This document shows, one piece after another, positions 1 to 9,733 of a stretch of DNA of 37,860 nt. Source of the stretch: Propionibacteriales bacterium (GTDB lineage Bacteria; Actinomycetota; Actinomycetes; Propionibacteriales; Nocardioidaceae); NCBI GenBank assembly GCA_038242985.1, contig JBBSRN010000001.1:1-37860 (forward strand), given 5' to 3'. The notes beneath the pieces were generated by a model. The model made no database searches and was not told the origin of the DNA. It saw only the letters and a program-made list of their open reading frames with translations. A program made the position numbers and the translations under genes. Position 1 is the first letter of the stretch, and each line of letters opens with the position of its first letter.

Positions 1-603
1 CTCGAAGACGGGGTCCTCGCCAGGAAGCACGTGCAGGTACTCGGTCTGCCACGCGTCGACGCTCCAGCCCAGGCCCGCGAACAGGTCGAGGTAGCCCTGC
101 GCGCCCGCCGCACCCCGGGCCGCGTGCAGTCCGGTCGTGAGCTCGCCGAACGGCGGTGCAGAGGAGATCTCGTGCAGCAGTTGGTGACTGGGCGCATCGA
201 AGTTGTGGGGGACCTGCAGCGCGAAGGCACCCCCGGGGCGGACGTGCCCGGCCAGCCGCTCGATCACGGCCAGCTGGTCCGGAACCCACTGGAACAGGGA
301 GTTCGAGGCGATCACGTCGACCGGCCGATCTGGGCTCCACGTCGTGATGTCGGCGCACTCATAGGTCACCCGGTCGTCGGCGTTCTCGGCGACGGCCCGC
401 TCGATCATCTGTGGCGATGAGTCGACGCCATGGATGCTCGCGGACGCAAATCTGGACCGCAGCACCGGCGTCAGCTGGCCCGGGCCACAGCCGAGATCGA
501 GGACGGAATCGGCGGTGACGCCGAGGCGTGAGACGAGGTCGACAAACGGTCGCCCCCGCTCGTCGGCGTAACGCAGGTACTGCTCGGGATCCCACTGGCT
601 CAC
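1..603 (-). CDS. tam: trans-aconitate 2-methyltransferase (3' end beyond window)
   Basis: Not in ORF track; translated by hand from GTG 603: MSQWDPEQYLRYADERGRPFVDL...VLDLGCGPGQLT...SNSLFQWVP...FALQVP...DAWQTEYLHVLPGEDPVFE. Tam N-terminus and SAM motif I; open to base 1; near a TamR-like MarR. Confidence 0.88.
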   Translation of the reverse strand, partial: MSQWDPEQYLRYADERGRPFVDLVSRLGVTADSVLDLGCGPGQLTPVLRSRFASASIHGVDSSPQMIERAVAENADDRVTYECADITTWSPDRPVDVIASNSLFQWVPDQLAVIERLAGHVRPGGAFALQVPHNFDAPSHQLLHEISSAPPFGELTTGLHAARGAAGAQGYLDLFAGLGWSVDAWQTEYLHVLPGEDPVFE

Positions 604-604
604 G

Positions 605-1936
605 TCAGGAGCGGCGCTCGAGCTGGCCTGCCAGGGACATCAACCGCGCATCGTCGCCGGGGCGCGCGATCAGCTGCACCGCGAGCGGCAGTCCTTGGGC
701 ATTGGCGCCGGCCGGCATCGAGACCGCCGGCGTGCCGGCGTGGTTCCACTGCGCGGTGTAGGCGTAGTAGGCATTCATGCCGAGCACGAGTCGTAGTCCG
801 CCGATCCCGGCCCAGTGCCCGATCGGCACCGCGGGGCCCGACATCACCGGGGTGATCAGCACGTCGACGCCGAGATCGTCGTGCACCGAGGAGCCGAACT
901 GCCTGCCCTTCTCGGTGGCCCACGCAATGGCTTTGGCGCCGAATGGCGCGCCGAGTCGGGCGATCGCCCGGGTGCGCTTCTCCAGCCGGGTCGGGTCGTC
1001 GACGCCGGCGGCGCTGTCGTGGATGCCACCCAGGTACCTGGCGGTCAGCGCCTTGACACCGAGGCCGTACGGGATCTTCACCTGCTTCACGTCATGACCT
1101 GCCGCGCGCAGCGACGCGACGGTGCGATCCAGGGCGGCCCGCACGTCCGGATCCAGCTTCGCCGGACGGGTGGCAGCCGATGCGCTCAGCGACCACCCGA
1201 TGCGCAGCGGCTCGGGGTCACTCCCAGCGGCCTCGGACAACGAGCCGGCGAAGCTGCCGATGGTGTCGTAGAACAGGGCACTGTCAGCGACGCTGGGGGT
1301 GACGCAGCCCTGCGTGGACAGTCCGTGCCAGAAGCCGCCACTGGGCATCGGACCGTGCGTCGGCTTGAACCCGACCAGTCCGCAGCAGGCCGCCGGGATG
1401 CGGATCGAACCGGCGCCGTCCGACGCGGTGGCGACCCCCACCGCTCCGGCACCCACCAGCGCTGCGGAGCCGCCGGACGATCCGCCCGGCGTGTGATCGA
1501 GGTGGTGCGGGTTGCGCGTGATGCCGCGCGCCTCGGTCTCGGTGAATCCGCAGATCGCCAGCTCGGGCAGCGTGGTCTTCGCCACGACCACCATGCCGGC
1601 GGTCCGGATCGCCGCGACCAGGTCGGCGTCGGTCGCTGCCGGGGTCGTCGGGGCATTGCTGCCCCAACCGGTCACGTGCCCGGCGATGTCGACATCGTCC
1701 TTGACCGCGATGGGCACGCCGAGCAACGGCCCGGCCTCGCCAGCGGCGCGACGTCGGTCAGCCTCGTCGGCGGCGGCCATCGCCTCCTGGTCCAGCACGA
1801 CCACGGCAGCGTTGAGGCGCGGCTGCTCGGCATGGATGGCGGCCAGCGTGGCAGCTGTCAGATCGTGCGAGGTGATCTCGCCTGCAGCGAGCAGCTCGGA
1901 CTGACGAGCGGCTCCCAGTGAAGTGATGTCGGTCAT
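605..1936 (-). CDS. amidase signature (AS) family amidase
   Basis: GPLLGVPIAVKD (catalytic Lys), TPGGSSGGSAA, SDGAGSIRIPAACCG. Confidence 0.92.
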   Translation of the reverse strand: MTDITSLGAARQSELLAAGEITSHDLTAATLAAIHAEQPRLNAAVVVLDQEAMAAADEADRRRAAGEAGPLLGVPIAVKDDVDIAGHVTGWGSNAPTTPAATDADLVAAIRTAGMVVVAKTTLPELAICGFTETEARGITRNPHHLDHTPGGSSGGSAALVGAGAVGVATASDGAGSIRIPAACCGLVGFKPTHGPMPSGGFWHGLSTQGCVTPSVADSALFYDTIGSFAGSLSEAAGSDPEPLRIGWSLSASAATRPAKLDPDVRAALDRTVASLRAAGHDVKQVKIPYGLGVKALTARYLGGIHDSAAGVDDPTRLEKRTRAIARLGAPFGAKAIAWATEKGRQFGSSVHDDLGVDVLITPVMSGPAVPIGHWAGIGGLRLVLGMNAYYAYTAQWNHAGTPAVSMPAGANAQGLPLAVQLIARPGDDARLMSLAGQLERRS

Positions 1937-1962
1937 GGCGCGACGGTATCCGATCGCAGGCG

Positions 1963-1992
1963 ATCAAGAGTCTCGACGTCAAGAATCTTGAT
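1963..1992. promoter_or_regulatory. 30-bp palindrome, candidate TamR operator
   Basis: ATCAAGAGTCTCGACGTCAAGAATCTTGAT; 13 of 15 pairs complementary; lies between divergent amidase/tam and tamR. Confidence 0.75.
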
Positions 1993-2016
1993 GAACCCGT
2001 CGACCACGGATAGCCT
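1988..2016 (+). promoter_or_regulatory. sigma-A-like promoter of tamR (probably leaderless)
   Basis: TTGATG-N17-TAGCCT, 7 nt before ATG 2024. Confidence 0.6.
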
Positions 2017-2023
2017 CGGGACC

Positions 2024-2530
2024 ATGGATGACGAGGTCGACCGCCTGGTGGAGGCGTGGAAGCGCGAGCGTCCCGATCTGGACGTCGCCCCCATGCAGGT
2101 GCTGAGCCGGATCACCCGACTTGCCCTGCACCTGGATCGGGCCCGCCGCGAGGCCTTCGCCGATCACGGCCTGGAGACCTCGGACTTCGACGTCCTGTCG
2201 GCACTGCGTCGCTCCGGCGAGCCGTACCAGCTCTCCCCGGGCCAGCTGGTGCAGCAGACGCTCGTCACCAGCGGCACCATGACGCACCGGGTCGACCGGC
2301 TGGTGGGCAAGGGGCTCGTCGAGCGCCTTCCCGACCCGGCCGATCGACGTGGCGTGCTGGTGCTGCTGACCCCGACGGGACGCAGCAGCGTCGACGGCGC
2401 TTTCACCGCGCTGCTGGCTCGGGAGCGGGATCTGCTGGTCGATCTGGACCAGTCGACGACCGCCCAGGTCGCCGACGCCCTACGCACCCTCTCGCTCCCT
2501 TTCGACGCTTCCCAAAATCGTCCAACCTAG
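2024..2530 (+). CDS. tamR: MarR family regulator, TamR/UrtR type
   Basis: MDDEVDRLVEAWKRERPDLD N-terminal helix, FDVLSALRRSG, VTSGTMTHRVDRL, DRRGVLV; divergent from tam. Confidence 0.85.
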   Translation: MDDEVDRLVEAWKRERPDLDVAPMQVLSRITRLALHLDRARREAFADHGLETSDFDVLSALRRSGEPYQLSPGQLVQQTLVTSGTMTHRVDRLVGKGLVERLPDPADRRGVLVLLTPTGRSSVDGAFTALLARERDLLVDLDQSTTAQVADALRTLSLPFDASQNRPT

Positions 2531-2539
2531 ACTCACCCA

Positions 2540-4321
2540 GTGGCCCATCTTCTCGGCGCGGAACAGATCGCGCTCGACTTCCCGACCAAGACCGTCTTCG
2601 GCTCGGTCACCATCGGCATCGACGAGGGCGACCGCATCGGCGTCGTCGGCCGCAACGGAGACGGCAAGTCCACGCTCCTGCGCATCTTCGCCGGCCGGCT
2701 CGAGCCGGACTCCGGACGCGTCACGATCCGCGGCGGCGTCACCATCGGCATGCTCGACCAGACCGACACGCTCGATCACTCCGGCACGGTCGGCCATGCC
2801 ATCGTGGGTGATCTCGCTGATCACGAGTGGGCCGGTGACGCGGCGATCCGCGACGTCATCGCCGGACTCGTCGCGGACATCGCGTGGGACGCGACCATCG
2901 GCACGCTGTCGGGCGGTCAGCGCCGGCGCGTGGCACTCGCCGCGCTGCTGGTGGGCGATGACGACGTCCTGTTCCTGGACGAGCCCACCAACCACCTCGA
3001 CGTCGAGGGCATCACCTGGCTCGCCGGGCACCTGCAGAAGCGCTGGTCGGCCAATGCCGGCGGGTTGCTGGTCGTGACCCACGACCGTTGGTTCCTCGAC
3101 GAGGTCTGCAACGCCACCTGGGAGGTGCACGACGGCATCGTCGAGCCGTTCGAGGGTGGCTACGCCGCCTACATCCTGCAACGGGTCGAGCGCGATCGGC
3201 ACTCCTCGGCGACGGAGTCGAAGCGGCAGAATCTCATGCGCAAGGAGCTGGCGTGGCTGCGGCGCGGCGCGCCGGCCCGCACGTCCAAGCCCAAGTTCCG
3301 CATCGATGCCGCCAATGCCCTGATCGAGAACGAGCCGCCGGCCCGCGATCCGATCGTGCTGCAGCAGATGGCCACGTCACGCCTCGGCAAGGACGTCGTC
3401 GACATCCTCGACGTGAGCGTCTCGTACGACCACCAGGTGCTCGACCACGTCGAGTGGCGCATCGGACCCGGCGAGCGCACCGGGATCCTCGGCGCCAACG
3501 GGTCGGGCAAGTCCACGCTGCTCGGCCTGGTCACCGGTGCCGTGCAGCCGACGAGCGGACGGGTGAAGAAGGGCAAGACGGTCAAGGTCGTCACGCTCAC
3601 CCAGGAGCTCGACGAGCTGAAGGACGTCGGTGCCGACCGGGTCAGCGACGTCGTCGGACGCCAGCGCACCGCCTACGTGTCCGGTGGCAAGGAGATGACC
3701 CCCAGCCAGCTGCTGGAACGGCTCGGCTTCTCCAGCGCGCAGATGTCCACCCCTGTGCGCGATCTCTCCGGTGGCCAGAAGAGGCGCCTGCAGCTGTTGC
3801 TGATCCTGCTCGACGAGCCCAACGTGCTGGTGCTCGACGAGCCGACCAACGATCTCGACACCGACATGCTGGCCGCGATGGAGGACCTGCTGGACTCGTG
3901 GCCCGGCACGCTCCTGGTCGTCTCGCACGATCGCTACCTGCTCGAGCGGATCACCGACCAGCAGTACGCGATCCTGGACGGAAAGCTGCGTCACCTGCCC
4001 GGCGGGGTGGACCAGTACCTGCAGCTGCGCCGCGATGCGGATCGGGCGTCCCTCTCCGGAAGCCCGTCCGGAGCCGAGTCCGCAGGCTCAGGCGGGCTGA
4101 GCGGCGCCGAGCGGCATGCCGCCCGCAAGGACCTGGGCTCGACGGAACGGCGCCTGGCGACGGTGCTCAAGCGCATCGCGGCGCTCCAGTCCGAGCTGGC
4201 TACACACGATCCCAGCGACCACGCCGGCCTCACCCGGCTCGGCGAGCAGGTCAGCGCGGCCGAGACCCAGCAGACCGGCATCGAGGAGCGTTGGCTGGAG
4301 CTGTCCGAGCTGTTGGGCTGA
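2540..4321 (+). CDS. ABC-F family ATPase (Uup-like)
   Basis: Two ABC domains (GRNGDGKS / LSGGQRRR / DEPTNHLD; GANGSGKS / LSGGQKRR / DEPTNDLD), no TM segments, C-terminal coiled coil. Confidence 0.92.
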   Translation: MAHLLGAEQIALDFPTKTVFGSVTIGIDEGDRIGVVGRNGDGKSTLLRIFAGRLEPDSGRVTIRGGVTIGMLDQTDTLDHSGTVGHAIVGDLADHEWAGDAAIRDVIAGLVADIAWDATIGTLSGGQRRRVALAALLVGDDDVLFLDEPTNHLDVEGITWLAGHLQKRWSANAGGLLVVTHDRWFLDEVCNATWEVHDGIVEPFEGGYAAYILQRVERDRHSSATESKRQNLMRKELAWLRRGAPARTSKPKFRIDAANALIENEPPARDPIVLQQMATSRLGKDVVDILDVSVSYDHQVLDHVEWRIGPGERTGILGANGSGKSTLLGLVTGAVQPTSGRVKKGKTVKVVTLTQELDELKDVGADRVSDVVGRQRTAYVSGGKEMTPSQLLERLGFSSAQMSTPVRDLSGGQKRRLQLLLILLDEPNVLVLDEPTNDLDTDMLAAMEDLLDSWPGTLLVVSHDRYLLERITDQQYAILDGKLRHLPGGVDQYLQLRRDADRASLSGSPSGAESAGSGGLSGAERHAARKDLGSTERRLATVLKRIAALQSELATHDPSDHAGLTRLGEQVSAAETQQTGIEERWLELSELLG

Positions 4322-4322
4322 G

Positions 4323-5243
4323 TCAGCCCACGAGGCGGGCGCCGGGCACGGGTCCACGCGACTGGATGACGTCGGCGCACCCGGAGACGCTGGACAGGGC
4401 GATCGAGATGTCCAGCCCGTGCTGCTCGTCCTCGGCCAGGAAGATGGCCGTGGGTCCCGAACCGGACAGGAGGGCTCCGAGCGCTCCTGCCTCCAGACCG
4501 ATCTCGAGGGTGTCGGTCAGCTCGGGCCGCAGCGACAGCGCCGCATCGGTGAGGTCGTTGGACAGCTGGTCGCCCAGGGCCTCGGCGTCGCCGGCGCGCA
4601 GTGCTGCCATCAACGCATCGGGCACCTCGGGCTCATCGATCAGCTGACCCTCGGTCAGCCGGTCGAACTCGGCGTAGACCGCTGCGGTCGACAATCCGTG
4701 CGATGCCGTGGCGAACACCCAGTGGTACCCGCCGCGCGCGAGCACCGGGCTCACGGTCTCACCGCGCCCACCGCCGAGCGCGGTGCCGCCATGCAGCAGG
4801 AAGGGCACGTCACTGCCGAGCCGCGCGGCGATCGGGTCGAGATCGGCCTTCGACAATCCCGTCCCCCACACCTCGTTGCAGGCCACGAGGGCCGCCGCCG
4901 CATCCGCCGATCCACCGGCCATGCCGCCGGCCACGGGGATGATCTTGCGTATCGCCAGATCGATGCCGTCGGTGACGCCGGTGGCCTCCTGCAGGGCGCG
5001 CGCCGCCCGCACCGCGAGATTGTCGGCATTCTCTGGCACCAGGACCGATTCGGCGCGGGAATCCATCTCAGCATGCACCGTCACCGTGATCTCGGCGTCG
5101 TCACGCGACGTCGCGCGCACCTCGTCGTGCAGGTCGACCGCCTGGTAGACCGTGGCCAGCGGGTGGTAGCCGTCCGGGCGAACCGGTCCCACGCCCAGAC
5201 ACAGATTGATCTTCGCGGGCACCCGGACCGTCGCTGATGTCAC
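4323..5243 (-). CDS. ispE: 4-diphosphocytidyl-2-C-methyl-D-erythritol kinase
   Basis: PAKINLCL, DGYHPL, IPVAGGMAGGSADAA, LGSDVPF, SGSGPT. Confidence 0.96.
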   Translation of the reverse strand: MTSATVRVPAKINLCLGVGPVRPDGYHPLATVYQAVDLHDEVRATSRDDAEITVTVHAEMDSRAESVLVPENADNLAVRAARALQEATGVTDGIDLAIRKIIPVAGGMAGGSADAAAALVACNEVWGTGLSKADLDPIAARLGSDVPFLLHGGTALGGGRGETVSPVLARGGYHWVFATASHGLSTAAVYAEFDRLTEGQLIDEPEVPDALMAALRAGDAEALGDQLSNDLTDAALSLRPELTDTLEIGLEAGALGALLSGSGPTAIFLAEDEQHGLDISIALSSVSGCADVIQSRGPVPGARLVG

Positions 5244-5252
5244 CCCTCCAAC

Positions 5253-6122
5253 CTAGGCGAACTGGCAGGCCAGGCGCACGAAGTCGTCCAGACCGAGCTG
5301 CTCGCCCCTGGCCTGCGGTGAGATCCCTGCGGCCACGAGCGCGGACTCCGCGTCTGCCGGTGAGCCGGCGAGGCCGGCCAGGGCTGCGCGCAGGGTCTTG
5401 CGGCGCTGCGCGAAGGCTGCGTCGACGACCCGGAACGTCCGCCGCCGCACGGTGTCGTCGCCGGGAGGGTCGTGCCGCGTCCAGGCGACGAGGGCCGAGT
5501 CGACGTTCGGCGCCGGCCAGAAGACGTTGCGACCGATGGACCCGGCCAGCCTGAGCTCGCCGTACCAGGCGGCCTTCACGCTGGGCACTCCGTACGTGCG
5601 CGATCCCGGCCCCGCGGCGAGCCGGGCCGCCACCTCCGACTGCACCATGACCAGACCGGTCGAGATGGTGCCGAAGTGCTCCAGGAAGTGCAGCAGCACC
5701 GGCACCGACACGTTGTACGGCAAGTTGGCGACCAGGGCCGTGGGCGCCGGGCCGGGCAGCGCCGTCACCTTCATGGCATCGGCGACGATCAGCTCGAAGC
5801 TGCGGTCCGGCGCGTGGGTCGCGATCGTGGCCGGCAGCTGGGCGGAGAGCACCTCGTCGATCTCGATCGCCGTCACGTGCGCGGCGACGTCGAGCAGACC
5901 GAGCGTGAGCGAACCGAGCCCGGGCCCGATCTCCACGACGACGTCGTCAGGGCCGATGGCCGAGGTGCGCACGATGCGCCGCACCGTGTTGGCGTCGATG
6001 ACGAAGTTCTGTCCGCGCTGCTTGGTCGGACGGATGCCGCACGCCGCGGCCAGCGCTCGGACGTCCGTGGGTCCGAGCAGCCGAACTGGCGTCAGTTGAA
6101 CCTCGCGCCGGCGCAGCCCCAC
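5253..6122 (-). CDS. rsmA: 16S rRNA dimethyladenosine transferase (start uncertain)
   Basis: [30 protein letters not shown]; nearest canonical start upstream of the conserved N-terminus is GTG 6122 inside the rpfB 3' end. Confidence 0.93.
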   Translation of the reverse strand: MGLRRREVQLTPVRLLGPTDVRALAAACGIRPTKQRGQNFVIDANTVRRIVRTSAIGPDDVVVEIGPGLGSLTLGLLDVAAHVTAIEIDEVLSAQLPATIATHAPDRSFELIVADAMKVTALPGPAPTALVANLPYNVSVPVLLHFLEHFGTISTGLVMVQSEVAARLAAGPGSRTYGVPSVKAAWYGELRLAGSIGRNVFWPAPNVDSALVAWTRHDPPGDDTVRRRTFRVVDAAFAQRRKTLRAALAGLAGSPADAESALVAAGISPQARGEQLGLDDFVRLACQFA

Positions 6123-7234
6123 TGACCCCAGCCGGAACGCGCCTGCAGGATCTTGGCGTACTTGATCTGCACCTCGCGGCTGTTCTGGTGCGGGAGTCCG
6201 GGCCCACCGACGCTCTTCCACGTCGCGGCGCTGAACTGCAGGCCGCCGTAGTAGCCGTTGCCGGTGTTGATGCTCCAGTTGCCACCGGACTCGCACTGGG
6301 CGATCTTGTCCCAGGCGCTGTTGCCGCCCACCGACGCGGCCGACTCCGGCTTGGCCTCCGGCTCGGGCTTCGGCGGTGCAGCCTTGGTGCCCACCGACTC
6401 GATCCGCGTGGTCGGCTCGCTGACCACCTCGGTGCTGAGCACCGTGCGGTCGCGCAGCTTGCCGTCGGCGTAGACCAGCTCGACCTTCTCGCGATTCTCG
6501 CCCTTCGCGCCGGCCTCCACGACCTCGACGTCGCCCTTGGGCGCCTCGGCGTCCTTCTTGACCTCGGTCCGGAACTTCACCGGGATGGTCTCGGTCGCGG
6601 TCTTGGTCTTGATCCGCACGACGCGGATCTCCTGACCCGGCTCGACGTAGGAGAAGATGCTGGGCTCGATCTCGTCGTCGCTGCCCAGGGCGACACCGGC
6701 CTGCTCGAGTGCACGGGCCACGGTCGGCACGGTCGTGTCGAGATCATGCTTCTCACCGTCGGCGACGACGGTCAGCTTCTTGCTGGTGCTGACGACCAGC
6801 GTGTTGTCCGAGCGGGACAGCTTGGCGTCCGGCTCCTCGGACACGAAGGCGGTCTGCGGGACGTCGATCCCCATGTCGTCGATCGCACCGCTGACGGTCT
6901 TCTCGTAGACGGTGTGCTCGCTGAGCTTGCCATCGACCGACAGGGTCATCGGCTTGGCGTACTTGATCTCGATGTCGTCGCCATCGGACAGCTGATGTCC
7001 GGTGCCGAGGCTCATCTTGTCCGCCGGTCGAACGGTGACGTCGCGCGCCTTCAGGACCTCTGCGACCGAGTTGCCGAAGGTCCGGATGGTGTGGCTCTGA
7101 CCTTCGACCGTCAGCGTCACCGAGTTGCTCATCGCGCCGTAGGCCGCAGTACCGCCGGCGACGAGCATGACGATGGCGATGTTGAGGGCGATGATCGGGA
7201 GGGACCTACGGATTCTGACGGGGCTCACACACAT
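6092..7234 (-). CDS. rpfB: resuscitation-promoting factor RpfB (DUF348 repeats, G5, Rpf domain)
   Basis: N-terminal TM helix; C-terminal [27 protein letters not shown]; tatD-rpfB-rsmA synteny. Confidence 0.93.
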   Translation of the reverse strand: MCVSPVRIRRSLPIIALNIAIVMLVAGGTAAYGAMSNSVTLTVEGQSHTIRTFGNSVAEVLKARDVTVRPADKMSLGTGHQLSDGDDIEIKYAKPMTLSVDGKLSEHTVYEKTVSGAIDDMGIDVPQTAFVSEEPDAKLSRSDNTLVVSTSKKLTVVADGEKHDLDTTVPTVARALEQAGVALGSDDEIEPSIFSYVEPGQEIRVVRIKTKTATETIPVKFRTEVKKDAEAPKGDVEVVEAGAKGENREKVELVYADGKLRDRTVLSTEVVSEPTTRIESVGTKAAPPKPEPEAKPESAASVGGNSAWDKIAQCESGGNWSINTGNGYYGGLQFSAATWKSVGGPGLPHQNSREVQIKYAKILQARSGWGQWGCAGARFN

Positions 7235-7264
7235 CCTGAGGGGTCGGGAACGCAGCAGCGTTCC

Positions 7265-7292
7265 ACGATAGCCGGGCTCACCGTGACGTCAA
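7265..7292 (-). promoter_or_regulatory. candidate rpfB promoter
   Basis: TTGACG(7292-7287)-N16-TATCGT(7270-7265). Confidence 0.55.
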
Positions 7293-8158
7293 GTCCGTTG
7301 CGCCCACGCACCCCCGAAGGCGCGATCGGTGTTGGCGTCGATAGCCCGGCACACATCGGCCACGTCCAGCCGCAGGATCTCGCTCATGAAACGGACCGTG
7401 AGCGGGATCAGGAACGAGGCGTTGGGACGGCCGCGGTGCGGGGCGGGTGTGAGGAAGGGCGCATCGGTCTCGACCAGGATCCGGTCGACGGGGGTCACCC
7501 GGAGCGCTGCCCGCAGGTTCTCGGCGTTCTTGAACGTGACGGTGCCGGCGAACGACAAGAACGCACCACGCTCGACGCACTGGCGCGCGAAGTCCGCGTC
7601 CCCGGAGAAGCAGTGCATCACCGTGCGGTCGGGCACACCTTCGTCGTCGAGCACCGCCAGCACGTCGTCGTGGGCGTCCCGGTCGTGGATGACCAGGGTG
7701 CGGTCGTGCCGCCGCGCCATGCCGATGTGCGCGCGAAAGGAGTCGTGCTGCGGGGCGCGGCCCTCCGGACCGGTGCGGAAGTAGTCGAGCCCGGTCTCAC
7801 CGACCGCTCGCACGAGCGGGTCGGCGGCCAGACGGTCGATCTCGGCCAGGGCATCGTCGAGCTGGCCGGCTGCGGCCAGTCGTGGTGCCTCGTTGGGGTG
7901 CAGCGCGACCGCTGCGACCACCGAGGGCTGCTCACGCGCGGTGTCGACGGCCCACTGCGACCCCGCCAGGTCGCAGCCCACCTGCACCACCCGCGTGACA
8001 CCGACGGCCGCCGCCCGATCGAGTGCCTCGTCGACGTCGAGCAGCGCGGCCGGCTGACCCTTCTGTGCGCGAATCGGGTGGTCGAGGTGGCAGTGGTTGT
8101 CGACCACCGGAGACGGCAGCGGTTCGGGCGCCTCGGGCCAGCCCTCGGTCAGGCTCAC
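7289..8158 (-). CDS. tatD: TatD family hydrolase/DNase
   Basis: DNHCHLD, AVGETGLDY, IHDRDAH, MHCFSG, ETDAPFL. Confidence 0.94.
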   Translation of the reverse strand: MSLTEGWPEAPEPLPSPVVDNHCHLDHPIRAQKGQPAALLDVDEALDRAAAVGVTRVVQVGCDLAGSQWAVDTAREQPSVVAAVALHPNEAPRLAAAGQLDDALAEIDRLAADPLVRAVGETGLDYFRTGPEGRAPQHDSFRAHIGMARRHDRTLVIHDRDAHDDVLAVLDDEGVPDRTVMHCFSGDADFARQCVERGAFLSFAGTVTFKNAENLRAALRVTPVDRILVETDAPFLTPAPHRGRPNASFLIPLTVRFMSEILRLDVADVCRAIDANTDRAFGGAWAQRT

Positions 8159-9723
8159 TCGCCTGCGTCGATGCGGGGGAAGAGCGACGCCGACTTGGTG
8201 ATGGGCGTCCCGGCGGGCAGCTGGCCCCAGGTTGCTGCTGCGCCGATGCGCTGATCGGCGAGCGGACCGAGGGCCTCACCGGCGCCGAGCGACTGCCACA
8301 GGATCTCGGTCGACTTCGGCATCACCGGGGCGAGCACGATCGCCAGGACGCGCAGGCCCTCGGCCGCCGTGGCGAGGATGGTGCCGGTGCGATCGAGATC
8401 GGTCTTGGCGACCTTCCACGGGGCCTGCTCGGCGAGATAGCCGTTGAGAGCGTCGACGATGCGCCAGATGGCGGCCAGCGCGTCGTGCGGGGCCAGCGCC
8501 TCGATGGCCGCATCGGCGTCGGCGACTGCCTGCGCGGTGAGATCGACGATGACCTGCTCGGCGTCCGTGGCGTGGCCCGCCGATGGCAACCTGCCGTCGA
8601 AGTACTTGCCGATCATGGCCGCCACCCGGGAGGCGAGGTTGCCCAGCCCGTTGGCCAGGTCGGCGTGGTAGCGGGCGTGCATGTCCTCGTACGAGATCGA
8701 CCCGTCGCTGCCGAAGGTGAGCGCGCGGGCGAAGTAGTAGCGATACGCGTCGGAGCCGAACACCGAGACGAGCTCGTCGGGTCGGATGCCGTTGGCCTTG
8801 CTCTTGGACATCTTCTGTCCCCCGACCAGCAGCCACCCGTGGGCGAACACCCGGTGCGGCACCGGCTGACCGGCGGCCATCAGCATGGCGGGCCAGATGA
8901 CCGCATGGAAGCGCGCGATGTCCTTGCCGACCAGGTGCACCGCCGGCCAGGTGTCGTCGAACCGTTCGGGGTCGGTGCCGTAGCCGATGGCGGTGACGTA
9001 GTTGAGCAGCGCCTCGATCCACACGTACATCACGTGGTCTGAGTCCCACGGCACCTCGATGCCCCAGTCGAACGTGGACCGCGAGATCGACAGGTCGTGC
9101 AGTCCGCGCGACACGAACGACACGATCTCGTTGCGGGCCGACTCGGGCTGGATGAACTCCGGATGCTGCTCGTAGAGGTCGAGCAGCCGCTGCTGGTAGT
9201 CCGACAGCCGGAAGAAGTAGTTCTCCTCGGTGACCCGCTCCACCCGGCTTCCGTCGAGGGTCGAGATCATGGCGCCTGCGTCATCGCCCTCGCCGGGCGT
9301 GACGTCGTCCTCGCTGACGAACTCCTCCGAGCCGACGCTGTACCAGCCGGTGAACCCGCCCTTGTAGACCGCGTCGCGCTCGTAGAGGTCCTCCCAGAAG
9401 GCCTGCGATCCGTCCAGGTGGCGCTGCTCGGTGGTGCGCAGGAAGTCGTCGTTGGCGATGTCCAGCGTCTGCAGCAACGGCTTCCACTCATCGCGGACCA
9501 GCCGGTCCACCCAGTCCTGCGGGCTGACGCCGTTCTCCTCGGCCTTGCGCAACACCTTCTGACCGTGCTCGTCGGTGCCGGTGAGGTACCAGACGCGCTC
9601 GCCGCGCTGGCGGTGCCAGCGGGTCAGGATGTCGCCCATGACGGTGGTGTATCCGTGTCCAATGTGCGGGGCGTCGTTGACGTAGTAGATCGGTGTCGTC
9701 AGGTAGAACGTCTCGTCAGGCAC
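8155..9723 (-). CDS. metG: methionine--tRNA ligase (short form)
   Basis: YLTTPIYYVNDAPHIGH, GTDEHGQK, KMSKS; no C-terminal dimerisation domain. Confidence 0.97.
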   Translation of the reverse strand: MPDETFYLTTPIYYVNDAPHIGHGYTTVMGDILTRWHRQRGERVWYLTGTDEHGQKVLRKAEENGVSPQDWVDRLVRDEWKPLLQTLDIANDDFLRTTEQRHLDGSQAFWEDLYERDAVYKGGFTGWYSVGSEEFVSEDDVTPGEGDDAGAMISTLDGSRVERVTEENYFFRLSDYQQRLLDLYEQHPEFIQPESARNEIVSFVSRGLHDLSISRSTFDWGIEVPWDSDHVMYVWIEALLNYVTAIGYGTDPERFDDTWPAVHLVGKDIARFHAVIWPAMLMAAGQPVPHRVFAHGWLLVGGQKMSKSKANGIRPDELVSVFGSDAYRYYFARALTFGSDGSISYEDMHARYHADLANGLGNLASRVAAMIGKYFDGRLPSAGHATDAEQVIVDLTAQAVADADAAIEALAPHDALAAIWRIVDALNGYLAEQAPWKVAKTDLDRTGTILATAAEGLRVLAIVLAPVMPKSTEILWQSLGAGEALGPLADQRIGAAATWGQLPAGTPITKSASLFPRIDAGE

Positions 9724-9733
9724 GTGGACCAGT

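Noticed and set aside
7235-7288. c-di-AMP (ydaO) riboswitch upstream of the rpf gene
   Set aside because: Intergenic space is only 54 bp and lacks the aptamer motifs
6188-8254. Long antisense or alternate-frame ORFs (e.g. 6188-8254 +, 16124-17977 +, 23352-25172 +, 24752-26386 +, 26796-28556 +, 3088-4647 +)
   Set aside because: Shadows of well-supported genes; stop-poor frames are expected at high GC; no recognisable motifs
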